A stretch of DNA of 38,985 nt from Bacteroidia bacterium. GTDB taxonomy: Bacteria; Bacteroidota; Bacteroidia; Cytophagales; Cyclobacteriaceae. The notes below the pieces were generated by a model. It was not told the DNA's origin, ran no database searches, and saw only the letters and a list, made by a program, of their open reading frames with translations. The position numbers and the translations under genes were made by a program. Below are positions 1 to 9,769 of the stretch, one piece after another (the first letter of the stretch is position 1; each line of letters opens with the position of its first letter). The DNA is taken from the NCBI GenBank assembly GCA_016650355.1, contig JAENVX010000083.1:1-38985 (forward strand). The letters run 5' to 3'.

Positions 1-1
1 C

Positions 2-76
2 ATCAAAACAATCAATAAAAGGGGTATCACTTCCGTATTGAAAGAGGCGAAGGCAAAAGGAGTATTCACCGAATAA
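2..76 (+). CDS. rpmB: 50S ribosomal protein L28, C-terminal part (truncated by window edge)
   Basis: Manual translation IKTINKRGITSVLKEAKAKGVFTE* resembles the Bacteroidota L28 C-terminus; lies directly upstream of rpmG. Not in the ORF track. Confidence 0.85.
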   Translation: MKTINKRGITSVLKEAKAKGVFTE

Positions 77-88
77 TATCTAATAGCA

Positions 89-271
89 ATGGCAAAGAAA
101 GGAAATAGAATACAGGTGATTTTGGAGTGCACAGAACACAAAAACAGCGGGCTTCCAGGAATGAGTCGTCACATTACAACCAAAAATCGCAAGAACACCA
201 CCGAACGGATTGAACTTAAAAAGTACAATCCGGTGATGAAAAAATATACTCTACACAAAGAAATTAAATAA
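89..271 (+). CDS. rpmG: 50S ribosomal protein L33 (no CxxC zinc pairs)
   Basis: [18 protein letters not shown]...[19 protein letters not shown]...HKEIK, typical Bacteroidota L33. Confidence 0.97.
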   Translation: MAKKGNRIQVILECTEHKNSGLPGMSRHITTKNRKNTTERIELKKYNPVMKKYTLHKEIK

Positions 272-273
272 CC

Positions 274-429
274 ATGGCAAAGAAAGTTGTTGCTTCCCTT
301 AAGAAAACCGATGGCAAAAGCTTTGCTAAGGTAATCCGTGCTGTAAGGTCTGAGAAGACAGGTGCATATACCTTTCGTGAAGAAATTATGCCTGCTGAGC
401 TAGTGAAAGAAGCGTTGGCAAGGAAATAA
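274..429 (+). CDS. DUF4295-family small basic protein (51 aa)
   Basis: Manual translation MAKKVVASLKKTDGKSFAKVIRAVRSEKTGAYTFREEIMPAELVKEALARK*; usual Bacteroidota position between rpmG and ftsY; below the ORF-track cutoff. Confidence 0.88.
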   Translation: MAKKVVASLKKTDGKSFAKVIRAVRSEKTGAYTFREEIMPAELVKEALARK

Positions 430-453
430 TTCTTGTTGTCTTCAAAAAATTTG

Positions 454-476
454 AAGTCCCTTTCGGGACTTTTTTT
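454..476 (+). terminator. Intrinsic terminator after rpmB-rpmG-DUF4295
   Basis: AAGTCCC-tttc-GGGACTT hairpin followed by a T-run. Confidence 0.8.
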
Positions 477-513
477 ATTCCATCGCAATTGCTCAATTTC
501 AAAAGTCCAAACT

Positions 514-1473
514 ATGTCCATCTTAAGTAGTCTATTTTCCAAAGAAAAAAAGGAGACGCTCAACGAAGGCCTTCAAAAGACCAATGAGAGTTTTTTCGGC
601 AAACTGGGTAAAGCCCTGGTTGGAAAGTCTACTGTAGATGAAGAGGTGTTAGACAACTTAGAAGAAATTCTTATCTCTTCGGATGTTGGTGTAGATACAA
701 CTTTAAAAATTATTGGCCGCGTTCAGGCCCGGGTTGCCCGGGATAAATACTTGGGAACCGCTGAACTTGACAAGATTTTAAAAGAAGAGATTGCTGCCCT
801 ACTTTCCGAAAACCAATCAAACGATACTCCGGATTTTGAAACACCATCAGACAAAAAGCCATATATATTAATGGTAGTTGGTGTAAACGGAGTAGGTAAA
901 ACCACCACCATTGGAAAACTTTCAGCTCAGTTTAAGAAGAAAGGAAAATCTGTTTTGTTAGGTGCGGCAGATACATTCCGTGCAGCAGCCGTGCAACAAT
1001 TAAAACTTTGGGGTGAACGAGTTGACGTTCCGGTAGTGTCATTGGCTGGGAATGCAGATCCTTCAGCGGTTGCATTTGAAGCTGTGAAGCAAGGGGTAGA
1101 AAATGGAGCAGATATCATTATCATAGACACGGCCGGTAGGTTACACACGAAAGTGAACCTGATGGCAGAGCTTTCAAAAATAAAACGTGTTATTCAAAAA
1201 GTAGTGCCAGACGGGCCTCATGATATACTCCTTGTATTAGACGGGAGTACGGGACAGAATGCAATTATGCAAGCACGCGAGTTTACCAAAGCAACAGAGG
1301 TAAGTTGTTTGGCAATAACTAAATTGGACGGCACTGCCAAAGGCGGGGTAGTTATTGGCATCTCAGATGAATTTAAAATTCCAGTAAAGTATATTGGCGT
1401 TGGCGAAAAAGTGGACGACCTTCAGGTATTTAATAAAGTGGAGTTTGTTGACTCTCTCTTTAAAAAAAGATGA
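514..1473 (+). CDS. ftsY: Signal recognition particle receptor FtsY
   Basis: GVNGVGKTTT P-loop, DTFRAAA, DTAGR, TKLDGTAKGG; ATG 514 chosen because the longer ORF would span the terminator. Confidence 0.97.
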   Translation: MSILSSLFSKEKKETLNEGLQKTNESFFGKLGKALVGKSTVDEEVLDNLEEILISSDVGVDTTLKIIGRVQARVARDKYLGTAELDKILKEEIAALLSENQSNDTPDFETPSDKKPYILMVVGVNGVGKTTTIGKLSAQFKKKGKSVLLGAADTFRAAAVQQLKLWGERVDVPVVSLAGNADPSAVAFEAVKQGVENGADIIIIDTAGRLHTKVNLMAELSKIKRVIQKVVPDGPHDILLVLDGSTGQNAIMQAREFTKATEVSCLAITKLDGTAKGGVVIGISDEFKIPVKYIGVGEKVDDLQVFNKVEFVDSLFKKR

Positions 1474-1479
1474 GCGTCA

Positions 1480-2169
1480 CTACTCGCGTGCTCTGACGGG
1501 TATCTTGAAAAATAGTTGATAGTTGAATCCCCAATAAATTTTCTTTTCAAAAATTCCGTACCCAGGAATATCGTATGGTTGCATCCGACTATAGTTCGTA
1601 GCACGCGGGACAAACTTAAACCGGGCAGTATATCCTACCCAGATCATCTTCCAAATCTTTACTCGGAGCCCTCCCGTAAGTTCCATCCAATGTGCCCTCA
1701 CGCCAGCGTCTGAAGAGGATAGTGGGTCTACAAAATTTTGCAAAAACTCTGAACTGTGATCGAAGGTGGATAGGCCATACCGATATCCTAAAAAAACCAT
1801 GTTACGATCCGGATCTTTCAGTAAGAAATTTACATCTGCACCTACTCGAAAATAATTTCCTGAATTTTCAAAGTCTCCATTTTTTACCTTTAGTTGTTTA
1901 GCCCAGTAGCCATAATCAATCGCCAGGTAATAGCGGTAAAAGTCAACATCAGCATTTACTTCCCAACCACTGAATTTAGAACCTATCTGGCTTGAAATAA
2001 TACTTAATACGTCTGTCCCTAGCCGGACACCCGTTGGCATATAATTAACTTTAACCGTATCAATTTTTTTTTCCTCAACAGGCTCAGCTCCTTTATCTGC
2101 CTTCTTTTCCTGGGCATCTAAAGAGATGGTTAAACCAACAATAAATAATATGCTATAGAAATATTTCAA
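1480..2169 (-). CDS. DUF6048-like outer-membrane beta-barrel protein
   Basis: Signal peptide ending in Gln, amphipathic strands (GVRLGTDV, YFRVGADVNF, WGFNYQLFF), YDIPGYG motif; paired with a DUF6452-like gene. Confidence 0.65.
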   Translation of the reverse strand: MKYFYSILFIVGLTISLDAQEKKADKGAEPVEEKKIDTVKVNYMPTGVRLGTDVLSIISSQIGSKFSGWEVNADVDFYRYYLAIDYGYWAKQLKVKNGDFENSGNYFRVGADVNFLLKDPDRNMVFLGYRYGLSTFDHSSEFLQNFVDPLSSSDAGVRAHWMELTGGLRVKIWKMIWVGYTARFKFVPRATNYSRMQPYDIPGYGIFEKKIYWGFNYQLFFKIPVRARE

Positions 2170-2602
2170 GGTTACTTTTAACAGTGGTCAACAGTACAGA
2201 AGAGGTAACTCGCGTTTTATCAAAATTGGTTTTAGGTACTGCAAGATCAAGTTGATAAAGATAGGCACCACAATCTATCGAAATTACTCGCGTTTGATTT
2301 CTATATGACACACGGAGCGTATCAGAAACAGATTGAGATTTTTCATTGTAATTAAAAATTATAGTAGTAATGGAATCCTTTATTTGGAGGGGAATCTCTA
2401 TTTTGCCTAGTGGTGCATTTGTATAGAGATTATCGGGTGTCTTCAGTTCTCGAATGGAGATAAACGTCACAGTGGTATCCTTGCCCAAGGTTTTACCCTT
2501 TAGCGTTATCTTCAAGATATTGGTATTGTTCAACAGGCAATCTGTTTGTTCAAAACAACTGAAAAAGATTAACACCATCAGAATAAACAAAACCGCTCTC
2601 AA
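2153..2602 (-). CDS. DUF6452-like lipoprotein
   Basis: Lipobox FFSC, DTLRVSY...ISIDCG, ends NLEIFL; TTG at 2602 preferred because a promoter element covers the ORF-track start at 2623. Confidence 0.65.
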   Translation of the reverse strand: MRAVLFILMVLIFFSCFEQTDCLLNNTNILKITLKGKTLGKDTTVTFISIRELKTPDNLYTNAPLGKIEIPLQIKDSITTIIFNYNEKSQSVSDTLRVSYRNQTRVISIDCGAYLYQLDLAVPKTNFDKTRVTSSVLLTTVKSNLEIFL

Positions 2603-2620
2603 ATCAGAATTATTAAGCTG

Positions 2621-2628
2621 CAAATATA
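2621..2628 (-). promoter_or_regulatory. Bacteroidota -7 promoter element (TATATTTG) for DUF6452-DUF6048
   Basis: Exact TAnnTTTG on the minus strand shortly upstream of the start. Confidence 0.6.
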
Positions 2629-2673
2629 GTTTTTGATCACCCCTCCAACGGTCTTTCGGGGCGGTATTTTTCG

Positions 2674-2681
2674 TAATTTTG
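2674..2681 (+). promoter_or_regulatory. Bacteroidota -7 promoter element (TAATTTTG) for rimO
   Basis: Exact TAnnTTTG ending 18 nt before the rimO start. Confidence 0.6.
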
Positions 2682-2699
2682 AGGGCTTAAAAAAAGAAA

Positions 2700-4022
2700 T
2701 TGAAAACGAGGGGACTCAAAAAGACAAAAGTCAACATTGTTACATTAGGTTGCTCCAAAAATCTGGTAGATTCTGAGGTGCTTTTGACTCAACTACGCGG
2801 CAATGGAATTGATGTAATTCATGAATCAAAAAAAGATGACGCCAATATAGTGGTCATTAACACATGCGGCTTCATTGACAACGCTAAGCAAGAATCAATA
2901 GACACAATTTTACGATATGTGGACGCAAAGGAAGAAGGTCTTGTGGAGAAGGTATACGTTACCGGTTGCTTGTCTCAACGGTACAAGGATGATCTTGAAA
3001 AAGAAATTCCACAGGTAGATGCCTGGTTCGGCACCCGTGATCTATCTCGCTTGCTCAAGCAATTGAATGCCAACTATAAACACGAATTGGTTGGAGAGAG
3101 AATATTGACTAACCCAAGTCATTTTGCTTATCTTAAAATATCTGAAGGTTGCGACAGACCGTGTTCATTTTGTGCGATCCCTTTAATGCGAGGCGGTCAT
3201 ATCTCGCGCCCAATAGAGGAACTTGTTTTAGAAGCCAAAAACCTTGCGAAGAACGGGACGAAAGAACTTCTCCTAATCGCACAGGATTCTACCTACTACG
3301 GGCTTGATCTTTATAAAAAGAGAAATCTTGCTGAATTATTAAAACATTTGTCTGATGTGGAGGGTATTGAATGGATCCGTCTGCATTATGCCTTTCCAAC
3401 TGGCTTCCCAACAGACGCACTTGATGTAATGGCTGAACGATCGAATATCTGTAAGTACCTAGATATCCCGTTGCAACATGGCTCTTCGCGAATGCTTAAG
3501 CTTATGCGAAGAGGAACTACGCGTGAAAAGACAGAACAACTTCTTCAAACTTTAAGAGAAAAAGTACCGGGCATCGCTATCCGCACAACCCTTATAGCGG
3601 GTCACCCAGGTGAAACTGATGAAGACTTTAACGAAATGATGGGTTTTGTCGAACGCTCACGTTTTGATAGACTTGGAGTATTCTCTTATTCACATGAAGA
3701 AAATACGCACTCCCATTCTATGGAAGATAATATTCCCGCTGACATTAAACAAGAACGTGTAGATGCGATAATGGAATTACAGCAAGGTATCTCATTTGAA
3801 CTAAACCAAGCCAAAATAGGCAGATCATTCAAAACATTAATCGACCGGAAAGAAGGAAGGGCTTTTGTTGGTCGCACCGAATTTGATTCCCCTGAAGTAG
3901 ACAATGAAGTGATCATTGAAAGCCAAGAAAATTATCTTAGAATTGGTGATTTTACAACTGTAAAGATCCATTCCGCTACTGAGTTTGACTTAACAGGGAA
4001 GCCATCTTTGCTGTTTGTGTAA
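2700..4022 (+). CDS. rimO: Ribosomal protein S12 methylthiotransferase RimO
   Basis: LGCSKNLVDSE, NTCGFI, CDRPCSFC radical SAM motif, TRAM-like C-terminus with DSPEVDN. Confidence 0.96.
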   Translation: MKTRGLKKTKVNIVTLGCSKNLVDSEVLLTQLRGNGIDVIHESKKDDANIVVINTCGFIDNAKQESIDTILRYVDAKEEGLVEKVYVTGCLSQRYKDDLEKEIPQVDAWFGTRDLSRLLKQLNANYKHELVGERILTNPSHFAYLKISEGCDRPCSFCAIPLMRGGHISRPIEELVLEAKNLAKNGTKELLLIAQDSTYYGLDLYKKRNLAELLKHLSDVEGIEWIRLHYAFPTGFPTDALDVMAERSNICKYLDIPLQHGSSRMLKLMRRGTTREKTEQLLQTLREKVPGIAIRTTLIAGHPGETDEDFNEMMGFVERSRFDRLGVFSYSHEENTHSHSMEDNIPADIKQERVDAIMELQQGISFELNQAKIGRSFKTLIDRKEGRAFVGRTEFDSPEVDNEVIIESQENYLRIGDFTTVKIHSATEFDLTGKPSLLFV

Positions 4023-4097
4023 ATTCCTAAACAATATTTTTTTACCAACGTTATTGCGACATGAATCAGAAATTTGTAATCTTTAGTTGTTGTTGAT

Positions 4098-5693
4098 ATG
4101 CGGACTCACAAGCTACCCTTTGCCAATACGCATGCCTTCTCCTCATTTTTTTTAGATTATATCCACCAAAAGGAATCGTTACAAAAATTTATCAACCGCT
4201 TTCCTACGCCTGAGAATTTCTTGCCCCAAATACAAGAAAAGGAATCGACATTTCCCGATCAAAATCGCCAGGTTTTGACAGCAACACTAAAAGAACAATA
4301 CATAGGATTAGTTGTTACCGAATCCGTAACTAATAATATTTCTTCGCTTGCCAAGAGAAAAACATTTACAATTACCACGGGTCATCAACTTAATATTTTT
4401 ACTGGCCCGCTATATTTCATTTACAAAATAATCACTGTTATCAATGCTTGTAAAAAGCTGAAATCAGTTTATCCCGATTATCATTTTGTACCTGTATATT
4501 GGATGGCTTCGGAAGATCATGACTTTGAAGAAATACAATACTTTAAGCTGTATGGAAAAAAGTACATATGGAATACTGACCAGAAAGGTGCCGTAGGGAG
4601 GTTTAACACCAATGGTATCGAATCATTATACACTGACATTCCGGGGGATATTTCGATTTTCAAAAATGCTTATTCTAAAAATAAAACACTTGCTGCTGCT
4701 GTTCGGCATTATGTCAATGAACTATTTGGCAAGGAAGGTGTGGTGGTGGTGGATGCCGATCACCGATCGTTAAAAACATTATTTAAAGATGTTATTCAAG
4801 ACGATCTTTTTCAAAACTCTTCCAAAAATTTAGTAGAAGAGAGAAACAAACAACTGGAATCACTCGGGTATCATACTCAGGTTTTTGTTCGTGACATTAA
4901 TTTTTTTTACCTCGGAAATGGGTTGCGCAGTAGGCTTGAAAAAACTAATGGTAAATTTAATATTGTTGATACAGACATTGAGTTTACGCCAGAAAAAATC
5001 AAACAGCTTGTTGAGAAGGAACCAGAAAAGTTTAGTCCTAATGTTATTCTACGTCCTTTATACCAGGAAATGATTTTGCCTAACTTGGCCTATGTGGGAG
5101 GCCCAGCTGAAGTAACCTACTGGCTTCAACTAAAGGGGGTCTTTGATCATTTTAAAGTTCCTTTTCCTATGTTGATGCCACGCAACTTCGCCCTGGTTAT
5201 GGATGCGCCCACTTCGAGAAAATTCGATAAAATCGAACTAGAGTTTAAAGATCTTTTTGAAGATAAGCATTACATTTTCAATCACTGGTTTGCTAAGCAC
5301 AACACGCTCAATTTATCCTTAATGAAAGAGGTTGAAACTATCCAACAGTTTTGGACAGGAATAAAAGACCGAGCTAGTCGTATCGATCCAACACTCAATC
5401 AATTTGTAGCCGCTGAAGCCAAACGAAATCTCAAAGGTCTCAAAAAAATTGAACAAAAATTCTGGAGAGCTGAAAAGCGTAAACAGGTTGATAAACTTCA
5501 TCAAATTGAAACTGTAAAAGACTCCTTGTTTCCGGGTGGGGGGTTGCAAGAGCGTACTGATAATTTTTTAAATTTCTATCAACAAGACCCAAAGTTTATT
5601 CAAAAACTGATTGACTTACTTGATCCCTTTGATTATCAATTTAATATTTTTCAATACATCTCTCCAATAGCACCTAAAGAGAAGAAGAAATAA
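4098..5693 (+). CDS. bshC: Bacillithiol biosynthesis cysteine-adding enzyme BshC
   Basis: TTGHQLNIFTGPLY, YWMASEDHDFEE, FSPNVILRPLYQE, YVGGPAEVTYW, LQER motifs. Confidence 0.94.
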   Translation: MRTHKLPFANTHAFSSFFLDYIHQKESLQKFINRFPTPENFLPQIQEKESTFPDQNRQVLTATLKEQYIGLVVTESVTNNISSLAKRKTFTITTGHQLNIFTGPLYFIYKIITVINACKKLKSVYPDYHFVPVYWMASEDHDFEEIQYFKLYGKKYIWNTDQKGAVGRFNTNGIESLYTDIPGDISIFKNAYSKNKTLAAAVRHYVNELFGKEGVVVVDADHRSLKTLFKDVIQDDLFQNSSKNLVEERNKQLESLGYHTQVFVRDINFFYLGNGLRSRLEKTNGKFNIVDTDIEFTPEKIKQLVEKEPEKFSPNVILRPLYQEMILPNLAYVGGPAEVTYWLQLKGVFDHFKVPFPMLMPRNFALVMDAPTSRKFDKIELEFKDLFEDKHYIFNHWFAKHNTLNLSLMKEVETIQQFWTGIKDRASRIDPTLNQFVAAEAKRNLKGLKKIEQKFWRAEKRKQVDKLHQIETVKDSLFPGGGLQERTDNFLNFYQQDPKFIQKLIDLLDPFDYQFNIFQYISPIAPKEKKK

Positions 5694-5711
5694 AAGTTGA
5701 ATTGTCTAATA

Positions 5712-6278
5712 GTGACAAAATCAGAACTACGGAAATTGTACCTTCAAAAACGCCTTTCTCTCTCAGACGAAGAGTACGGCAGCTATAATCTTCAAATTTC
5801 TGATCTTTTCTTCTCCAATTTCGTCATCGCTTCAAAAGATATTATCCATTCCTATATACCCATTGAGAAAAATAAAGAGCCCAACACGTGGTTGATTATT
5901 AATCGGATAAAAATGGATTATCCTGCTGCCCATATTTCCATTCCCAGGGTAAAAAACAATCAGTTGGAAAATCTATACTTTGAAGAATCGGATGTGTTGA
6001 AAATAAACTCGTGGGATATTCTTGAGCCCACGCAAGGTGAAATCACCCCAAACAATAAAATTGATTTGGTACTCATTCCGTTACTTGCTTTCGATAAAGC
6101 AGGAAATAGGGTCGGTTATGGAAAAGGATTTTATGATCAATTCCTAAAAGAATGCTCTCCAACTTGTAAAAGAGTGGGATTGTCATTCTTTGAACCTACT
6201 GAACGAATTGACGACATTAATCAATACGATGTTAAGCTAACTCATTGTATCTCTCCTGAAAGAGTGTACACCTTTTAA
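5712..6278 (+). CDS. 5-formyltetrahydrofolate cyclo-ligase
   Basis: TKSELRK N-terminus, PLLAFDKAGNRVGYGKGFYD signature; GTG 5712 preferred over TTG 5697. Confidence 0.92.
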   Translation: MTKSELRKLYLQKRLSLSDEEYGSYNLQISDLFFSNFVIASKDIIHSYIPIEKNKEPNTWLIINRIKMDYPAAHISIPRVKNNQLENLYFEESDVLKINSWDILEPTQGEITPNNKIDLVLIPLLAFDKAGNRVGYGKGFYDQFLKECSPTCKRVGLSFFEPTERIDDINQYDVKLTHCISPERVYTF

Positions 6279-8662
6279 TTTTTAGGTCGTCCAAAAACAA
6301 CTTCCACATCGCTAACCTTAGAGAAAGGCCGTCCATCTGTTGTAATGCCTTCAATCTTTATTTGCAAAGGGCCGATATCATCTGACGCATAGAAACTGAA
6401 AGATGCCTTTCCGCGTACATCAGCTTTTAGCGAAGTATTCCAATAAAGCGTAGAACGAAAATCCGGCATGTGTGTATTTGATTTAATTGAATAATCGGGA
6501 GATCGAAATTCGATAGATTTACTTAAGCCGTCAACTAATATGATACTGCTTTGCTTAGTTAGGTTATCGTTATCTGGCTTCTTTGTCTGAATAAGTAGCA
6601 TTCCATTCCTTCCCATTGCTCCAAAGCGTTGCAATTTGTTAATATCTTTTACAAGTTTTACGGTAAGAACTTTGGAAGGATTGAGACTTAAAAGATAGGG
6701 AGTATTTTTTGTCATCACTCCATCGATTACGTAAAGGGGATCTCCTGTCGCGATTACATTAGGATCTGAAAGTGTTACGCGAACAATCGATTTGCCACCA
6801 ACTTTTCTGTGGCGCACAGAAGGAATTACTTCTCGAAGCAATTCCTCCATGGTTGGAAAAATAACATACTCCTCTACATCTATTGAAATATCGACACCAA
6901 ACATTTCCTCCTCAAACTCAATATTGGGATTGGAAAGGTTTGAACTATCCCGTTGAACAACATCTGTGTAAAAAGAGAATGAATCGTCTATTAATCTTTT
7001 CTTAGACTTAAAATCTCCATACAAATCAGTGTTCTCTCCTACTTCAAATTGTAACGCCCTCTGTGTGACCAAGGTATCCTTGTAAACATATAGTTCCGCG
7101 GTACTTATTTCCCTTTTCTTTAATTCCATTTGGTAGAAAAGGCGATCCCTGCCCCAGAAATCAAACAAAAAAGGCAGATCGAAATTTCCGCGTTTTGTTG
7201 TATAGACTTCATATCCCATCATTTGATCTTGTAAAAAGACATTAATAAGCGTTGAATCTGGTACAGGGTTACCGGTGCTCTTATCCAAGGCAATCCCCTC
7301 TATAGTTAGCATATTTCTAAATCCATACTTCATTTCTGCCTTTGTAAATGACAAAACATCTAACCATCGAAAGCGATTCCACTTTCTAGTAATCATATAA
7401 TTATCTATGGTAGAATCCCAAAGTTTATCTGATCGTTCGGCAGTGAAAGGAAATGGATCATAAGGGTTGAGAAAATCCTGGAACAAAATCTCCTCTTTAG
7501 TGGTCGACATTTCGCCTTGATTATCAAATAGCTTTTTATTGGTAACAGAAACGGTCAGATCGCTCTTTATTGGGTTGCCTAACTCATCTTTTAAGGAAAG
7601 GTTAACAGCAATTTTCTCCCTTGAGCCATAGACATACTTTTCAGTTGAAATGTTAACCTGGATTTCTGATTGGTCTTTGATATATATCAGCCGTTCAGCC
7701 AAGACTTTACCTTTACTATTTATTACGGATATCTGTGATACACCAAAAGGAAATTTTTTATGTGGTAACTGAATTTGAAGAGATTCCTTATCCTCCAGCT
7801 CAAAAGGGACAGAATAATTTAATTTGCTCTGCGCGACTACAATTAAATATAATTCTTGCGACCTCAAGACCGACTTAATGGGAGCCGTTACCAAAAGGTT
7901 CAAAGTTTCTCCGTTTACACCTTGTGTTACTGACAATGCTATCCCATCTAAAATTGCGACAGGCAAACTGTGGAGTTGAGTTTGACCTACTATTTTGGCG
8001 TAATATGATTTACCACGCTCTGGTTCAATCATAAAAAATCCTAAGCCTTTTTCATCTAAATTAAATTCGGACACGACTTGATTTTTATTGTCAATAATCT
8101 GTCCTTCACTTCTGCCTAATGAACGCACCACCACTTTACTAGAAATTCCTTCGATCAAATTTCCCCCCTCCGGGTGAAATGTAAACAGATTGTTCGCAGG
8201 TGGTGGAATTGGAATAATCTGCTCCTGCCCCGTTATGATAATGGATTTGGTATAAAAATAGTCCGGGCTAAAATTTTTCATCCAGTCACTATAAGCCCTG
8301 AACAAATAAATGCCCGGAGTTATGCCCCTTGAAAGAATTACCTGATTTGCCCCAACCCCATCACGTACACTAAAACTTTGGCGTAGCACAATTTTTCCTT
8401 CCTGATCAATAATATCTAAATACAGAATTTGCTTACCTGCTATTGGGCGAAGATCATCTGTAAGAAAATGTGCTTTATAAAAGGCAGTGTCTCCTGGCGC
8501 GTATTTGTCCTGGTTGAAGAAAAGGTACACTTTAACCTGCTGATTCCTTTTATTGTAGTTTTCAAATTTTTGAGTTAGCTCCTCGATAAATCCATCCTCA
8601 ATCCAAACGAAGGATGTTAGTAAAAACATAATTATAAAAAAAAGTGAACCCTTATTTTTCAT
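6275..8662 (-). CDS. Large exported protein with MG2-like N-terminus and TonB-plug-like C-terminal domain (no barrel)
   Basis: Signal peptide; QDKYAPGDT, FHPEGGNL, PLYVIDGV, DFRSTLYWN motifs; ATGA overlap with the upstream stop. Confidence 0.7.
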   Translation of the reverse strand: MKNKGSLFFIIMFLLTSFVWIEDGFIEELTQKFENYNKRNQQVKVYLFFNQDKYAPGDTAFYKAHFLTDDLRPIAGKQILYLDIIDQEGKIVLRQSFSVRDGVGANQVILSRGITPGIYLFRAYSDWMKNFSPDYFYTKSIIITGQEQIIPIPPPANNLFTFHPEGGNLIEGISSKVVVRSLGRSEGQIIDNKNQVVSEFNLDEKGLGFFMIEPERGKSYYAKIVGQTQLHSLPVAILDGIALSVTQGVNGETLNLLVTAPIKSVLRSQELYLIVVAQSKLNYSVPFELEDKESLQIQLPHKKFPFGVSQISVINSKGKVLAERLIYIKDQSEIQVNISTEKYVYGSREKIAVNLSLKDELGNPIKSDLTVSVTNKKLFDNQGEMSTTKEEILFQDFLNPYDPFPFTAERSDKLWDSTIDNYMITRKWNRFRWLDVLSFTKAEMKYGFRNMLTIEGIALDKSTGNPVPDSTLINVFLQDQMMGYEVYTTKRGNFDLPFLFDFWGRDRLFYQMELKKREISTAELYVYKDTLVTQRALQFEVGENTDLYGDFKSKKRLIDDSFSFYTDVVQRDSSNLSNPNIEFEEEMFGVDISIDVEEYVIFPTMEELLREVIPSVRHRKVGGKSIVRVTLSDPNVIATGDPLYVIDGVMTKNTPYLLSLNPSKVLTVKLVKDINKLQRFGAMGRNGMLLIQTKKPDNDNLTKQSSIILVDGLSKSIEFRSPDYSIKSNTHMPDFRSTLYWNTSLKADVRGKASFSFYASDDIGPLQIKIEGITTDGRPFSKVSDVEVVFGRPKN

Positions 8663-9768
8663 TTCCAAAACGAGGGTCTAACATTAGTGGAAATCCCAAC
8701 GAACATACAACTTGTTCTTACCGTATCAATTTTCTGCACAGTATACGGAACATCACTCTTTTCAATAAATATGGATTTCTCCTGCACAGAGGAAGCGTAG
8801 AAGATGCCCTGAACTTCTTCGTCTCCGTCTTTTGAAAAAATGTTACCTCTAACCTTTCCAGAAGGAGGCTGAAATAAACTTGAAGCACCCTCTTTCTGTG
8901 ACTGGATCACCCGCCAGAAATTAAAGGCTGCTCGGGACAAGCTCATTTGTTGCACGGTAAGATAAAATCGCTGATAATAAAAAGTTCTGCGAGTAACAGG
9001 TATGAACGCAACATTGACATGATCAAACTTATTGCCCGAAATGAATTGATCATCGGAAACTATTGGCGTACCTTGAAGCATTGTTACCCAGCATGAGCAA
9101 CATGAACAAGGCGAGGACTGAAACAAAATACCATCGCGTTCTTGATAACCGCTGCATGGGAGTGGATCTGGCACTTGAACTCCCTCTACATTTCTTGTTT
9201 TTAAGTGCGGAAATGTTTCAATTTCATACGTCCCAGTCCACTTCCACCTATAAAGATTTTCTCCGGTTGGTAAGCTATTCGCATCCATGTAAATATTAAA
9301 GCCATCAGCTCCAACAACTGTACCATCAACCTTGATTCTTTCGCGAAAATCAAACTCATAAGAAAGATTATTAATAGCCCCAGCCGGATTTAATTTCTCC
9401 GCAGACGATTCATACATTTTTCCATTTAAGGTGATTATCTTCAAGACGTAGGTACGTCCCACTGTACCTTGCAATCCGCCAACACTGGTCTGGTAAATGC
9501 CTGAACTAGTTTCTTTCAGTAGCTCTGAATTACCAACATCATCAGAAATGGTAACCCTTGCCGATAATATAGGAATTCTTTTGTCCAGATCTGCATCAAG
9601 GTTTGAAACCTTAAAAATACTTACCGAGTACGGCCCTTCCTCATCAGTAATAACACCATCAACAGCAAGTTGAAAAGAAACATCTGGCGCCTTGATTCGT
9701 ATTTCATCAACACAGCCATCGGCTATGATTAACAACAGAAGGAAACTAAATAGATATGAAACGCGCAT
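8659..9768 (-). CDS. DUF4249-family lipoprotein
   Basis: Lipobox ADGC, LAVDGVIT, QMSLSRAAFNFW, VRGNI...VQGIFYAS motifs; directly downstream of the TonB receptor. Confidence 0.8.
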   Translation of the reverse strand: MRVSYLFSFLLLLIIADGCVDEIRIKAPDVSFQLAVDGVITDEEGPYSVSIFKVSNLDADLDKRIPILSARVTISDDVGNSELLKETSSGIYQTSVGGLQGTVGRTYVLKIITLNGKMYESSAEKLNPAGAINNLSYEFDFRERIKVDGTVVGADGFNIYMDANSLPTGENLYRWKWTGTYEIETFPHLKTRNVEGVQVPDPLPCSGYQERDGILFQSSPCSCCSCWVTMLQGTPIVSDDQFISGNKFDHVNVAFIPVTRRTFYYQRFYLTVQQMSLSRAAFNFWRVIQSQKEGASSLFQPPSGKVRGNIFSKDGDEEVQGIFYASSVQEKSIFIEKSDVPYTVQKIDTVRTSCMFVGISTNVRPSFWK

Positions 9769-9769
9769 A

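Noticed and set aside
89-271. Zinc-free L33 as a sign of a zinc-starvation paralogue
   Set aside because: This form in the rpmB-rpmG operon is the normal Bacteroidota copy.
433-513. N-terminal extension of FtsY in the ORF track
   Set aside because: It runs through the terminator hairpin at 454-476; ATG 514 gives a typical N-terminus.
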